Part shown: positions 1 to 10,087 of the stretch, piece after piece
How positions within the stretch are numbered: the stretch's first letter is position 1
How the letters are laid out: each line of letters opens with the position of its first letter
Assembly: GCA_018673955.1 (NCBI GenBank)
Contig: JABHBJ010000093.1
Coordinates: forward strand, 10,931-74,930
DNA length: 64,000 bases
Direction of reading: 5' to 3'
From: Chloroflexota bacterium
Lineage (GTDB): Bacteria > Chloroflexota > Dehalococcoidia > Lucifugimonadales > Lucifugimonadaceae
Position numbers and translations under genes: made by a program
Notes under the pieces: generated by a model
Databases searched by the model: none
Seen by the model: only the letters and a program-made list of their open reading frames with translations
What the model was told of the DNA's origin: nothing

Positions 1-152
1 GGTCTTGGCTTAGTCAAACGCCTTATTAGGCCACCTGTTATAGCTAAGACGCTAACCATTATCGATTTGTTCCATCGAATCTCACCACATTCCATTTTGT
101 GCTTTCGCATGCACTAATTCGACTACCGTCTCGATGCGAATCCTAACCAAAA

Positions 153-182
153 TTGACTCAACACCCTTATAGGGCTTAGTCT
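153..182 (+). promoter_or_regulatory. Putative sigma70-type promoter for the T-box leader / trp operon
   Basis: TTGACT (153-158), an 18-bp spacer, then TAGTCT (177-182), just upstream of the T-box stem I start. Confidence 0.45.
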
Positions 183-207
183 TGAAGACAGTTCGAATTT
201 CATATTG

Positions 208-513
208 GCGTTGATCGGGACTAGTAAGTTTCGCTACGGATCAAAGAGAGTCGGGGCAGGTGGAAGCCCGATATCATGACCGGAACCGAATGGACCCGTG
301 AGCTTCGAGGCAAAAGCTTAGGCAAGTAGCTTCCGACGGAGTGGGCACCGTTATCAGAGCCCAGGGCCTACGATCTTAGACAGCCTTGATCGTGTGTCCG
401 ACAGAGATACTGTTTCACCAAACATGATGCAGTAATTAGGGTGGCACCGCGGGATACACACCTCGCCCCTTTAGAAAGTACGCATTATTTCATTTGGGAG
501 TGAGGTTTTTTTT
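208..513 (+). ncRNA. T-box riboswitch, Trp specifier
   Basis: Stem I opening GCGTTGATCGGGACTAGTA (208), AGAGAG (245-250), GGTGGAAG, specifier GAA-TGG-A with UGG=Trp at 291-293, T-box AATTAGGGTGGCACCGCG (434-451), then a terminator. Lies directly upstream of trpS. Confidence 0.95.
460..513 (+). terminator. T-box intrinsic terminator (attenuator)
   Basis: ACCTCGCCCC pairs imperfectly with GGGAGTGAGGT and is followed by a T8 run. The 5' arm overlaps the antiterminator. Confidence 0.85.
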
Positions 514-614
514 ATGCCCGATTTTTTCGTGAATACGGAAAAAATGGGCGATAAAAACCTCGACGAAACACTAGCGAACACCGCTAGAAATTAAATCGGG
601 AGTCGACCGACATC

Positions 615-1631
615 ATGGCAGCGCCTACTAAAAAGCGAATTCTTACTGGTATCCGACCCACAGGAGCCCTTCATCTGGGTCACTACGTGGGCGCGCTCCA
701 CAACTGGATCGATCTACAGGACCAGTACGACTGCTACTTCCTGATCGCCGACTACCAGGCGCTCGGCGACCACTTCCACGACATCGATCTCATTCGTGAT
801 TCCGTACTGCAGGTCACGCTCGACTGGTTGTCAGTCGGACTCGATCCAAATAAATCATCATTTGTCGTTCAGAGCTATGTTCCTGAGTTCGCAGAACTCA
901 CGATGTTACTCAGCTTCATAACGCCTCTTGGCATGCTCGAACGCAACCCAACGCTAAAGGGTGAACTCGACGATCTCGCTGTCGAACGACGCACGGTCGG
1001 CTTCTACAACTACCCAATGAGCCAAGTAGCCGACATTCTGCTGCCTCAGGCGCATCTGGTTCCGGTTGGCGACGATCAGCTTCCACATATCGAAATGACT
1101 CGTGAAGTTGCTCGTAAGTTCAACCGAATGTTCAAGCCTGTCTTCCCTGAAGCCGATTCACTTGTCGGCAAGGTCCCTCGACTTTCTGGAACCGATGGAC
1201 AAGGCAAGATGAGCAAGTCCAAGGGCAATGTAATCATGCTTTCCGACGACGAAAAGACCATCACAAAGAAGGTAAAGAGCATGTTCACCGATCCGAATCG
1301 TGTTCGAGCCGATACTCCCGGCAAGGTCGAGGGCAATCCGGTATTCCAATACCACGACGCCTTCAATCCAAACACCGAACAGGTCGACGAATTCAAAGCT
1401 CGATACCGCAAGGGAACGATCGGTGACGTCGAAGTGAAAATGGCCCTAGCCGAAGCACTCAACGAATTCCTAGATCCCATTCGTGAAAAGCGTGCCTACT
1501 ACGAAGCAAACATGAACCTCGTTGAAGAGGCGATCATGGACGGTGTTGGCCGCATGCGAAAAGTCGCCGCTGAAACGATGGAACAAGTTCGAGACGCCAT
1601 GCGAATTTCGAGCTACACCAAGAACTGGTAA
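615..1631 (+). CDS. trpS: Tryptophan--tRNA ligase
   Basis: TGIRPTG, HLGH (HIGH-like), [10 protein letters not shown] and KMSKS motifs; downstream of a Trp T-box. Confidence 0.97.
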   Translation: MAAPTKKRILTGIRPTGALHLGHYVGALHNWIDLQDQYDCYFLIADYQALGDHFHDIDLIRDSVLQVTLDWLSVGLDPNKSSFVVQSYVPEFAELTMLLSFITPLGMLERNPTLKGELDDLAVERRTVGFYNYPMSQVADILLPQAHLVPVGDDQLPHIEMTREVARKFNRMFKPVFPEADSLVGKVPRLSGTDGQGKMSKSKGNVIMLSDDEKTITKKVKSMFTDPNRVRADTPGKVEGNPVFQYHDAFNPNTEQVDEFKARYRKGTIGDVEVKMALAEALNEFLDPIREKRAYYEANMNLVEEAIMDGVGRMRKVAAETMEQVRDAMRISSYTKNW

Positions 1632-1801
1632 TGCCTCAGCAAAGGCATTCCCACCAGACTCAGTCAGTTCTTATCAGCACGAGATGTACCCACCAGATGA
1701 CAGCTCTAACTCAAATAAACAAAGCTAGCTTTTCTTGGCGAAGTTTCAACTAATCCACTTAGTACAACTTCAAGCCACCTGGCCACCAGGAAATATTCGT
1801 C

Positions 1802-3352
1802 ATGCCCAACTACACACCCGATCTCTCAACATTCAAAAACCTCGCTTCAGATCACAATGTGATTCCGGTCTATCGCGAAATAAGTGCCGATCTCGAAACG
1901 CCGGTCTCCGCCTACCTAAAAACGGCAACCGGCAAGCACTCGTTCCTCTTCGAATCGGTCGAAGGTGGCGAAAACGTAGCGCGCTACAGCATGCTTGGCA
2001 CAGAACCGTCCGAGGTTCTTACAACGGGTGCTGGAACCGAGCACGGTGAAATCGACCCCCTTGAACTTCTTCGTAACCGCATGGAGAAAGTAAGCTACGC
2101 AACCGTAGAAGGACTTCCAAAGTTCCACGGCGGAGCAGTCGGCTATCTCGCCTACGACACCATCCGATACTTCGAGCCGTCAGTCCCGCCGATTTCCGAA
2201 GAAAAATCTGGACTCGACGTTCCAGAAGCCGTATTTATGCTCACCGATACGATCATGATCTTCGACCATGTTCGCCATACGATATTCGTGGTCGCACACG
2301 CTGCGATTAATGGTGATGTGGAAGCAGCGTACGATCGTGCAACTGCCAAGATCGAAGAGATCATCGCACGACTCGACAAGCCAGTCCCAGCAAGTGGTGC
2401 ACGACGAAACTTCCTGCCGCCGTCTGGGTTCACGTCACGTGATCCCAACCTCGATTACAGCTCGGTCGGTCATCCCGATCAATCTCCAATCCAAGGCGGC
2501 GAAATCACTGGGCAGCCGTACATCCCGAACATGACCCGCGAGTACTACGGCGAAGCGATCGCCAAGTGCAAACAGGCGATTCAAGACGGTGAAGTGATTC
2601 AGGTTGTGTTCTCGCAACGATTGGCACGCCGAACACCCGTAAAGCCGTTCGATATGTACCGATCGCTCCGAGCAATCAATCCTTCGCCGTACATGTTCTT
2701 TCTCGAACTAGATGGCTTCCAAATCGTCGGTGCCTCACCCGAACTTCTAACGCAGGTGATCGACGGAAAGATGGCAGTTCACCCAATCGCTGGAACACGC
2801 CCTCGGGGAATCGATCAAGAACAAGACAATGAACTCGAAGCAGAACTTATCAGCGATGAGAAAGAAGTCGCCGAGCACGTAATGCTGCTCGACCTCGGAC
2901 GTAACGATGTTGGCAGAGTTTCCGATCCCGGGAGTGTCGCTGTAGAGCAAAGTTTCGAGATCGAAAAGTACTCGCACGTGATGCACATCGTGTCGCACGT
3001 AACCGGAGATCTCTCCAAAAAATACGACATGTTCGATGCTATGAAAGCCGCATTTCCAGCGGGAACCGTTTCGGGTGCAGCTAAAGTACGCGCAATGCAA
3101 CTGATCGCCGAGCTCGAACCCGACAAGCGCGGTCCTTACTCAGGAGCCGTCGGATACTTCAGCTTCACCGGCAACATGGACACCGCTATCTCGCTAAGAA
3201 CAATGATTATGAAAGACGGAGTGGCGTATCTTCAAGCCGGCGGCGGAATCGTTGCCGATAGCGATACGCAGACCGAGTACGAAGAAACCCTTCACAAGAT
3301 GGGCGCACTAATGCGAGCAATCGACCACGCCGAGGAGTCGGCTGGTGTCTAG
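1802..3352 (+). CDS. trpE: Anthranilate synthase component I
   Basis: [48 protein letters not shown] and QAGGGIVADS motifs. Confidence 0.93.
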   Translation: MPNYTPDLSTFKNLASDHNVIPVYREISADLETPVSAYLKTATGKHSFLFESVEGGENVARYSMLGTEPSEVLTTGAGTEHGEIDPLELLRNRMEKVSYATVEGLPKFHGGAVGYLAYDTIRYFEPSVPPISEEKSGLDVPEAVFMLTDTIMIFDHVRHTIFVVAHAAINGDVEAAYDRATAKIEEIIARLDKPVPASGARRNFLPPSGFTSRDPNLDYSSVGHPDQSPIQGGEITGQPYIPNMTREYYGEAIAKCKQAIQDGEVIQVVFSQRLARRTPVKPFDMYRSLRAINPSPYMFFLELDGFQIVGASPELLTQVIDGKMAVHPIAGTRPRGIDQEQDNELEAELISDEKEVAEHVMLLDLGRNDVGRVSDPGSVAVEQSFEIEKYSHVMHIVSHVTGDLSKKYDMFDAMKAAFPAGTVSGAAKVRAMQLIAELEPDKRGPYSGAVGYFSFTGNMDTAISLRTMIMKDGVAYLQAGGGIVADSDTQTEYEETLHKMGALMRAIDHAEESAGV

Positions 3353-4877
3353 CCCAATCTTTACCACAACAAGCGAAGGTTTCGCTCACGCATCGTCGGT
3401 CTACGATGTTGTGCCGGTTCATGCTGTGATCGATTCGCCTAGGATTGCTCCTGTGCACGCTCTTCGTAAGCTGCGAACGGAAGGGCAACCTTCGTTCATT
3501 TCCGAATCGGTTTCTCCTGAAGTTGGTGCGTCACGCTACTCGTATGTATGCCCTTTGATAGAGAATATCGTTCGCACCGGAAAATCAGAACTTCTTGGCG
3601 ATGTGAACCCGCTGTCGAACTTGCGATCACAATTTGTGGATCGCAACGTTATGCCCCTAGATAAACTCCCGGCGCTAGTCACAGGCGCCTTCGGATTTGT
3701 GTCATACGAAGCGGTTCAGCACTTCGAGGCGTCTGTTGGCGAGATACCCGCCGACCCAACAGAATCGCCAGTTTCTGCAATGGCAATCCCTCGTGAACTC
3801 CTAGTTTTCGACAATGCGCTAAATCAACTGCACATCGTCGTATTTGCGTCGAAGTCACAGTCGTTCGAAGCCGCACACGCTCGAATATCGCAAATCGCTG
3901 AATCTTTAGATGAATCAACGCCAAGCGAAATTTCAAACGAAGCGTCGACAGAATCTAACCCTGAAGAAGTGCCCAATCCGCCCTCCCAAAAGCGTACACA
4001 GTACCCGGAAATGGTTCGTAAGGCACGTGAAGCGATCATCGATGGCGAACTGATTCAAGTAGTTCTTGGTCAGCGTGTGGCGATTGAAACCAAAGCAGAT
4101 GCAATCGACATCTACGAACAGCTCTCGTCAGCGAATCCATCACCGTACATGTACATGCTTGATCTTGTAGATATGCAACTGATCGGCGCTTCTCCCGAAC
4201 TGCTTCTCCGCTCGACGAACGGAACAGCAGCCGTTAATCCAATCGCTGGTACCCGACCCCGTGGGGCGACTGCGGAAGAAGATCTTCAAAACGAAGCCGA
4301 TATGCTATCGAACGAAAAAGAATCTGCCGAGCACTCAATGCTGGTCGATCTCGTCCGCAACGATCTCGGCAGAGTATCCAAACCCGGAACCGTAAAGGTC
4401 ACATCCCTAAAACACGTCGAACGCTACTCGCACGTGATGCACCTTGTTTCACGAGTGGAAGGCGAGCTTGTCGACGATAAAGACGGCATCGATGCGTTCG
4501 AAACAGGATTTCCGATTGGAACACTCTCGGGTGCTCCCAAAATTCGAGCGATACAGCTAATCGCCGAACTCGAGCCTGAAGGACGTGGACCCTACTGCGG
4601 AGGCATCGGCTGGTTCGCACCGAACGGCGATGTCGATACCGGAACGATCATCAGATCGATCATTTTGCGCAACGGAACAGCCCACGTTCAGGGCGGAGCA
4701 GGGATCGTATTCGATTCCGATCCTGAAGCCGAAAATCTCGAATCAATCCAGAAGATGAAAGCGCCTTTGCTGGCGATAGCACGCGCCGAGGCAACTCAAG
4801 ATCATTATTGGCGAAGCGACGATCCGTCTTCACCCGAAATACCACAGCCTGCGACAATGCAGCTCATTAGCGACTAA
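3345..4877 (+). CDS. Second chorismate-binding (TrpE/PabB-like) enzyme, component I
   Basis: [36 protein letters not shown] and GTLSGAPK. The N-terminal domain is more diverged (FISES). GTG start overlaps the trpE stop. Confidence 0.88.
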   Translation: MSSPIFTTTSEGFAHASSVYDVVPVHAVIDSPRIAPVHALRKLRTEGQPSFISESVSPEVGASRYSYVCPLIENIVRTGKSELLGDVNPLSNLRSQFVDRNVMPLDKLPALVTGAFGFVSYEAVQHFEASVGEIPADPTESPVSAMAIPRELLVFDNALNQLHIVVFASKSQSFEAAHARISQIAESLDESTPSEISNEASTESNPEEVPNPPSQKRTQYPEMVRKAREAIIDGELIQVVLGQRVAIETKADAIDIYEQLSSANPSPYMYMLDLVDMQLIGASPELLLRSTNGTAAVNPIAGTRPRGATAEEDLQNEADMLSNEKESAEHSMLVDLVRNDLGRVSKPGTVKVTSLKHVERYSHVMHLVSRVEGELVDDKDGIDAFETGFPIGTLSGAPKIRAIQLIAELEPEGRGPYCGGIGWFAPNGDVDTGTIIRSIILRNGTAHVQGGAGIVFDSDPEAENLESIQKMKAPLLAIARAEATQDHYWRSDDPSSPEIPQPATMQLISD

Positions 4878-4882
4878 TTCAA

Positions 4883-5467
4883 ATGCTTCTACTAATCGAT
4901 AACTACGACAGCTTTACATACAACCTTTTCCAGTACCTTTCCGAACTTGGAGCCGAGGTCGAGGTAGTGCGCAACGACAAAGCGACCATCGAGCAGCTTG
5001 CTGCCATGAACCCGGAACGAGTGGTCGTTTCGCCCGGACCTTCAACGCCCGACAATGCGGGTATTTCGGTCGATGTCATCAAGCACTTCGCTGGAAAAGT
5101 TCCAGTGCTGGGTGTTTGCCTAGGCCACCAGTGCATCGCTCAGGCGTTCGGCGGAGTCGTGACGGGCGCAGGTGAAATTCGACACGGTAAAACCTCTCCT
5201 ATCAACCACACTGGCAAGGGCGTTTTCGCCGGACTTCCTCAGCCATTCGATGCTGTTAGGTATCACTCGCTGGCGATCGAACAAGAAACCGTTCCTGACG
5301 TGTTCGAAGTGACTGCGAGCACCGAGAACGGCATCATCATGGGAATCAAGCACAAGGAACTCGATGTCGAAGGCGTGCAGTTCCATCCCGAGTCGATCAT
5401 GACCGAGGCCGGAAAAGAACTACTCCAGAATTTCCTCGACAAACCATCGCCCGTAAGCGCCAAATAG
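4883..5467 (+). CDS. trpG: Anthranilate/aminodeoxychorismate synthase component II (glutamine amidotransferase)
   Basis: [27 protein letters not shown] and QFHPES. Confidence 0.95.
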   Translation: MLLLIDNYDSFTYNLFQYLSELGAEVEVVRNDKATIEQLAAMNPERVVVSPGPSTPDNAGISVDVIKHFAGKVPVLGVCLGHQCIAQAFGGVVTGAGEIRHGKTSPINHTGKGVFAGLPQPFDAVRYHSLAIEQETVPDVFEVTASTENGIIMGIKHKELDVEGVQFHPESIMTEAGKELLQNFLDKPSPVSAK

Positions 5468-5561
5468 CGAATTCTCGCCAAGCCCACAACAGACTCCCCA
5501 CAACGGTAAATTCAGGCTTCAAACGAATCAAGCTGAAAAGAAAATACTGAGAAGAAAAGAA

Positions 5562-6608
5562 ATGAATATTCAACAGGCGATACAGACGGTGGTCGAAGGT
5601 ACTGATCTTGAGCAAGATCAGTCAGCCGACGCCATGCGCGAAATCATGAGCGGCGAAGCCACCCCCGCCCAGTTCGGTGCATTCCTCACCGCTATGCGCA
5701 TGAAGGGCGAAACTCCATCCGAAATCGCTGGCATGGCTGGTGTAATGCGAGAAGTCTCACTCCACATAGATACCGATGTTGACATGATCGACACGTGCGG
5801 CACCGGCGGCAGTGGGCTCAACTGGTTCAACATCTCAACAGCCTCTGCATTTGTAGTCGCTGGAGCTGGTGTGCCGGTCGCCAAACACGGCAACCGAGCG
5901 ATGTCCGGCTCGACGGGCAGTGCCGACGTTCTTGAAGCTCTAGGAGTGAACATCACTCTCGGCCCTGAAGGTGTAAAAACCTGCTTCAGCAAAGCTGAAG
6001 TCGGATTCATGTTTGCTCAGGCGTTCCACCCTGCGATGAAGTTCGCTGGGCCGCTTCGACCGCAACTTGGAATAAGAACGATATTCAACTTTCTAGGCCC
6101 ACTAACGAACCCTGCCAGAGTAAAGCGACAGGTGATCGGCGTGTCCGACGCTACGTTCGCCGAGAAAATAGCTAAAACACTTGAGATTCTCGGCACTGAG
6201 TATGCATTCGTGGTGAATGCAGAATCAGGGGCTGACGAAATAGATATCGAAGGGCAGACGCTGCTTTACCAGGTGAACAAAGACGGTCTAAAACGTCGCC
6301 GTACACGGCCTGCAGATTTCGGACTCCAAGAAGGTCTTAGAGAGCACTTGGTGGTCGAATCTACAGAAGAATCCGCTCAAATCATCAAAGACATCTTCGC
6401 CGGAGCAGGAAGCGGTCACAACCCGCCGATCGCACCCGAAACTTCACGTCGGAACGTCGTCGTTCTCAACTCAGCAGCCGCTCTTATGGCGGCTGGAAAA
6501 GCAGTTGCGTTCCAAGAAGCAGCAGCGATGGCTCAGGATTCGATCGACTCGGGTGCGGCTCAAGCGAAACTAAGTTCGTTGATCAAAATCAGTCAGGAAC
6601 AGTCTTGA
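5562..6608 (+). CDS. trpD: Anthranilate phosphoribosyltransferase
   Basis: DTCGTGG, FNISTA, KHGNRAMS, GSADVLE and RTIFNFLGPLTNP. Confidence 0.95.
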   Translation: MNIQQAIQTVVEGTDLEQDQSADAMREIMSGEATPAQFGAFLTAMRMKGETPSEIAGMAGVMREVSLHIDTDVDMIDTCGTGGSGLNWFNISTASAFVVAGAGVPVAKHGNRAMSGSTGSADVLEALGVNITLGPEGVKTCFSKAEVGFMFAQAFHPAMKFAGPLRPQLGIRTIFNFLGPLTNPARVKRQVIGVSDATFAEKIAKTLEILGTEYAFVVNAESGADEIDIEGQTLLYQVNKDGLKRRRTRPADFGLQEGLREHLVVESTEESAQIIKDIFAGAGSGHNPPIAPETSRRNVVVLNSAAALMAAGKAVAFQEAAAMAQDSIDSGAAQAKLSSLIKISQEQS

Positions 6609-7420
6609 TCGAAATACCAGGCATACTCGGTGAGATCGTCGAAAAACGACTCATCACCATCGGACAATCCAAGAAAAAGCGCCCCGAGCCAGAACTGCGA
6701 TTAATTGCCGAAAATGCGAGCGTCCCACTCTCGCTACAACGAAGCATCGCTTCGAAAAGCGGAATATCCCTAATCGCTGAAATGAAACGATCTTCGCCAT
6801 CGGCAGGATCGCTCGATCCCGATCTCGACCCAGCTCATCGAGCTGGACTTTACAGCGATGCTGGTGCCGCTGCGATCTCAGTTCTTACTGAACCCGACTA
6901 CTTCTCAGGTTCTATCGAGGATCTTGCAGCTGTCTCGGTAATCGCCCGCGCCTCTCGCGTGCCTGTGTTGAGAAAAGACTTCATCGTCGACGAATACCAA
7001 ATTCACGAAGCACGAGCCGCCGGAGCAGATTGCATCCTCCTAATAATCGCCTGCCTCGACCCAAAGCAGTACGCCGATCTATTTGCCATTTCGACAGCGA
7101 TGGGAATGGACGTACTAGTCGAAGTTTTCGACGAACCTGAACTCGAAATAGCGCTAACTGCAGTCGATCCTCACATCGTCGGAATAAACAATCGCAATCT
7201 CAAAACACTGCAAACCTCGCTCTCAGTGTTCGAAACTCTTGCCCGAAAGATACCAGATGACCGAATTCGAGTCGCAGAGAGCGGAATGAAGGATTCTGGC
7301 GACGTTGAGCGCATGGGTTACGCCGGGGCGAAAGCTGTACTGGTAGGCGAGTCTTTGATGAAGGCAGGAAACGACGTAAGCGAACTAGCCGAGGCGATGG
7401 CCGCCGTGGAAGTCAGGTAG
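6605..7420 (+). CDS. trpC: Indole-3-glycerol phosphate synthase
   Basis: IAEMKRSSPSAG, ISVLTEPDYF, LRKDFI, GINNRNL and AESG. Confidence 0.95.
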   Translation: MIEIPGILGEIVEKRLITIGQSKKKRPEPELRLIAENASVPLSLQRSIASKSGISLIAEMKRSSPSAGSLDPDLDPAHRAGLYSDAGAAAISVLTEPDYFSGSIEDLAAVSVIARASRVPVLRKDFIVDEYQIHEARAAGADCILLIIACLDPKQYADLFAISTAMGMDVLVEVFDEPELEIALTAVDPHIVGINNRNLKTLQTSLSVFETLARKIPDDRIRVAESGMKDSGDVERMGYAGAKAVLVGESLMKAGNDVSELAEAMAAVEVR

Positions 7421-7424
7421 CTCA

Positions 7425-8078
7425 GTGCTGAGCTCAACAAAAATCAAAATTTGTGGTCTACGCAGTACAGAAGCTTCGATTGTGGCGTCTGATGCTGGAG
7501 CGGATTTCCTAGGATTCAACTTTGTTGAGGGAGTACGTCGTCAGATTCAACTCACTGACGCTGAGCAAATTCTGACCGATTACCGAGAAGGCAGGCAAAC
7601 CTCGAAACAGCCCGGGTTAGTGGGTCTATTTAGAGATCAGGATATCGACCAGGTGAACAAAACAGCTCGTACTTTAGAGCTCGACTACCTCCAGCTATGC
7701 GGCAGTGAAGACGAAGAGTACGTTTCGAAAGTCGAACTACCTGTTTTCAAGCAATTATTTGTCAAAGAAGGAAGTACGCCTTTAAACGTCAATGAAATGG
7801 TCTCGCCTTTTCTTTCGTCTGGTCACGGCATCATCCTCGATAGTCTCACCAAAGGTGCGCTTGGTGGATCCGGAAAATCGTTCGATTGGGCAAGTGCCGT
7901 AGGCATTGCCAATCGAGATAAAGTCTTCCTCGCTGGCGGGCTCAACCCCGAAAACGTACAAAGCGCAATCAAACAGCTATCACCTTGGGGCGTAGACGTT
8001 GCGAGCGGTGTAGAAATTGATGGCGTTAAAGACCCCGAACGCATTCGAGCCTTCATCAAAGCGGTGCGTAACGCCTAG
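7425..8078 (+). CDS. trpF: Phosphoribosylanthranilate isomerase
   Basis: KIKICGL, GGSGKSFDW, LAGGLNPENV and GVDVASGVE. Confidence 0.95.
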   Translation: MLSSTKIKICGLRSTEASIVASDAGADFLGFNFVEGVRRQIQLTDAEQILTDYREGRQTSKQPGLVGLFRDQDIDQVNKTARTLELDYLQLCGSEDEEYVSKVELPVFKQLFVKEGSTPLNVNEMVSPFLSSGHGIILDSLTKGALGGSGKSFDWASAVGIANRDKVFLAGGLNPENVQSAIKQLSPWGVDVASGVEIDGVKDPERIRAFIKAVRNA

Positions 8079-8217
8079 CTCGCTGAAATGAATGAAACCG
8101 CTTCATTCGACTGGCTAATTTCCAATTGCCCCGCGTAGACTGCGGCGGCGTTCTAACTCTCACGCCCGGTCTCGCACTCATCGGGTAAAAAAACGACATT
8201 CTGGAGCACTGATCTCA

Positions 8218-9231
8218 ATGACCGAAAAACTGCGAATGGCTCAGTACGGAACCAAGCATGGGCACGCTGAAGGCGTTTTACAGGTAATGCTCGACCATCC
8301 AGAAGTCGAAGTAGTAAGCGTTTTCGAACCAGATGAAGCACGCCGAGCGCAGGTCGAGAATAGCGACAGCGCATTTGGCAAAGTCCAGTTCGTAGACGAT
8401 CCATATGAATTCCTCGATGACCCGACTGTAGATTGCGTAACTTCCGAAGGAACGAACAAAGAAAGCCTCGGATTCACCGAAGAAATCGTCGCAGCCGGAA
8501 AGCACGTGTTCTACGACAAACCCGCTGGCAACGACTACAACCGGTTCGAAAATATCGTTGAAATCGCCCGTGCTCAAGACACGATGATTCAAATGGGCTA
8601 CATGTTCCGCAAACACGACGGCTTCGAACGCATCACCAATTGGTCGCGCTCAGGCTTTCTTGGTCACATATTCCAAGTTAGAGCACACATGTCGACCTCG
8701 CTCCCAGAGAAAAACCCGGAAGGAATTCAAACCGGAAAAGAAGGGGTTTCTCACTTCAAAGCCGGCGTCATGTATGACCTTGGTGGGCACATGCTCGATC
8801 AGGTCGTCTGGATACTCGGTCGACCCAATAAAGTCTCACGATTCTTCCAGAATTCTGCTTCAGAAACGCGCGAAATGATGGACAACACGCTGGGAGTTTT
8901 CGAATACAGTAATGCGATTGCGACAGTCGATATTGCCGCTATCGAAGTAAAACCGATGGCGCGTCGATTCGAGGTTTACGGCACGAAGGGCACCGCAATC
9001 ATGGAGCCGTTCGAGCCTGCCGATACAATCAAGCTCACCCTGGAAGAAGATCAAGGCGAGTACAAAAAGGGGGTCAACATAATAAAGATCGAAGATCGTG
9101 CCCGCTACATCGATACATTCGCCGAGTTAGTTCGAAATATCAAAGGCGAATCGGAACAACTCCGCACTCTCGATCACGAACTCCTAGTCCAAGAGACCCT
9201 AATGCGCGCCACCGGTGGACTAGCAGGGTAG
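8218..9231 (+). CDS. Gfo/Idh/MocA family NAD(P)-dependent oxidoreductase
   Basis: N-terminal Rossmann-like segment, GKHVFYDKP (EKP-equivalent), GYMFR and DLGGHMLD. Confidence 0.85.
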   Translation: MTEKLRMAQYGTKHGHAEGVLQVMLDHPEVEVVSVFEPDEARRAQVENSDSAFGKVQFVDDPYEFLDDPTVDCVTSEGTNKESLGFTEEIVAAGKHVFYDKPAGNDYNRFENIVEIARAQDTMIQMGYMFRKHDGFERITNWSRSGFLGHIFQVRAHMSTSLPEKNPEGIQTGKEGVSHFKAGVMYDLGGHMLDQVVWILGRPNKVSRFFQNSASETREMMDNTLGVFEYSNAIATVDIAAIEVKPMARRFEVYGTKGTAIMEPFEPADTIKLTLEEDQGEYKKGVNIIKIEDRARYIDTFAELVRNIKGESEQLRTLDHELLVQETLMRATGGLAG

Positions 9232-9384
9232 TCGGCCCGAGCCGGTACGACAGTCCCCTTCGAGACGAAAGGGCTAGGGTCGTAGAATGCAGTTAGTGAC
9301 TGAGTCGTTCAACGATGATGGAACCTAACACAAGACGCGGAGCCGAGTCATCCGATGACGACCGTGATCAACGCAACCCGCTCA

Positions 9385-9807
9385 CTACCCATGGGCGCGA
9401 ACGTCGGCACCCTCGGGCCAAGCGACTTTGAAAATGGCAGCGGTCTTGAAGATAGCACCCTCGATCGTCGCTTCGCGAAGCACACATCTGTACATGTTTG
9501 CGCCCGATAGATCAGCATTCGATATATCGGCTCCAGTGCAGTTGGTACGGTAGAGCGTCACCTTCTTCATCGAGGCGCCAGAGAGATTAGCCCTTCTGAG
9601 GCTAGCTTCAGAAAACACTGCCTCATCGAGATTCGCTCCTGAAAAATCAGTTCGCTCTAGCAACGCACGAGAGAAATTTCGTCCTCTGAGATCGCGTCCC
9701 GATAAATCGGCTCCTCTCAGATCCAACTGATATGGCGAGTTCGCCCGATGCCAAGCGCTCAAATCCTCGGCAGTTCCTTTGAGCAGATCAAAATGTTCCT
9801 GATTCAT
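9385..9807 (-). CDS. Pentapeptide repeat protein
   Basis: Tandem A(D/N)Lxx repeats (ADLSG, ANLDE, ASLRR, ANLSG, ADISN). Confidence 0.9.
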   Translation of the reverse strand: MNQEHFDLLKGTAEDLSAWHRANSPYQLDLRGADLSGRDLRGRNFSRALLERTDFSGANLDEAVFSEASLRRANLSGASMKKVTLYRTNCTGADISNADLSGANMYRCVLREATIEGAIFKTAAIFKVAWPEGADVRAHG

Positions 9808-9875
9808 CCGATGATTATGTGGGCATACTAGCTCTGAGTCGAATCTGACCGTGAATATTTCGGCGTTTTTCTTAT

Positions 9876-9923
9876 GAAACGTTCAATGTGCCAAGTTTTT
9901 GAAACACCTTTGAAACACGTTTC
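9876..9923. promoter_or_regulatory. Direct-repeat regulator site upstream of glnII (GlnR/OmpR-type geometry)
   Basis: TTTGAAACAC occurs at 9898 and 9909 (11-bp period, GAAAC-n6-GAAAC). A further GAAAC lies at 9876 and a GAAAC-AC-GTTTC inverted arrangement at 9912-9923. Confidence 0.5.
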
Positions 9924-10087
9924 GGCTAATTTGTATTGAGGTCTTTTGGTTTGAGGCTATGCCTCCGCTATCCGACAGCGCAGTTCGCACGTAAAATGCT
10001 CCCTGCCTAAATGATCTACTGATCGTCAGAATCAACGAATCTCACTATCACGGTGCCAGCAAGAAAAAATGCACGAGGAAGTAATTA

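Noticed and set aside
1632-1801. Trp leader peptide or second T-box before trpE
   Set aside because: No tandem Trp codons in a short ORF and no T-box consensus were seen.
9246-9284. Structured RNA after the Gfo/Idh/MocA gene
   Set aside because: A single imperfect hairpin between convergent genes is adequately explained as a terminator.
9385-9807. Qnr/MfpA quinolone-resistance protein or DNA tandem repeat
   Set aside because: It is a short generic pentapeptide protein; the repeat exists at protein level only.
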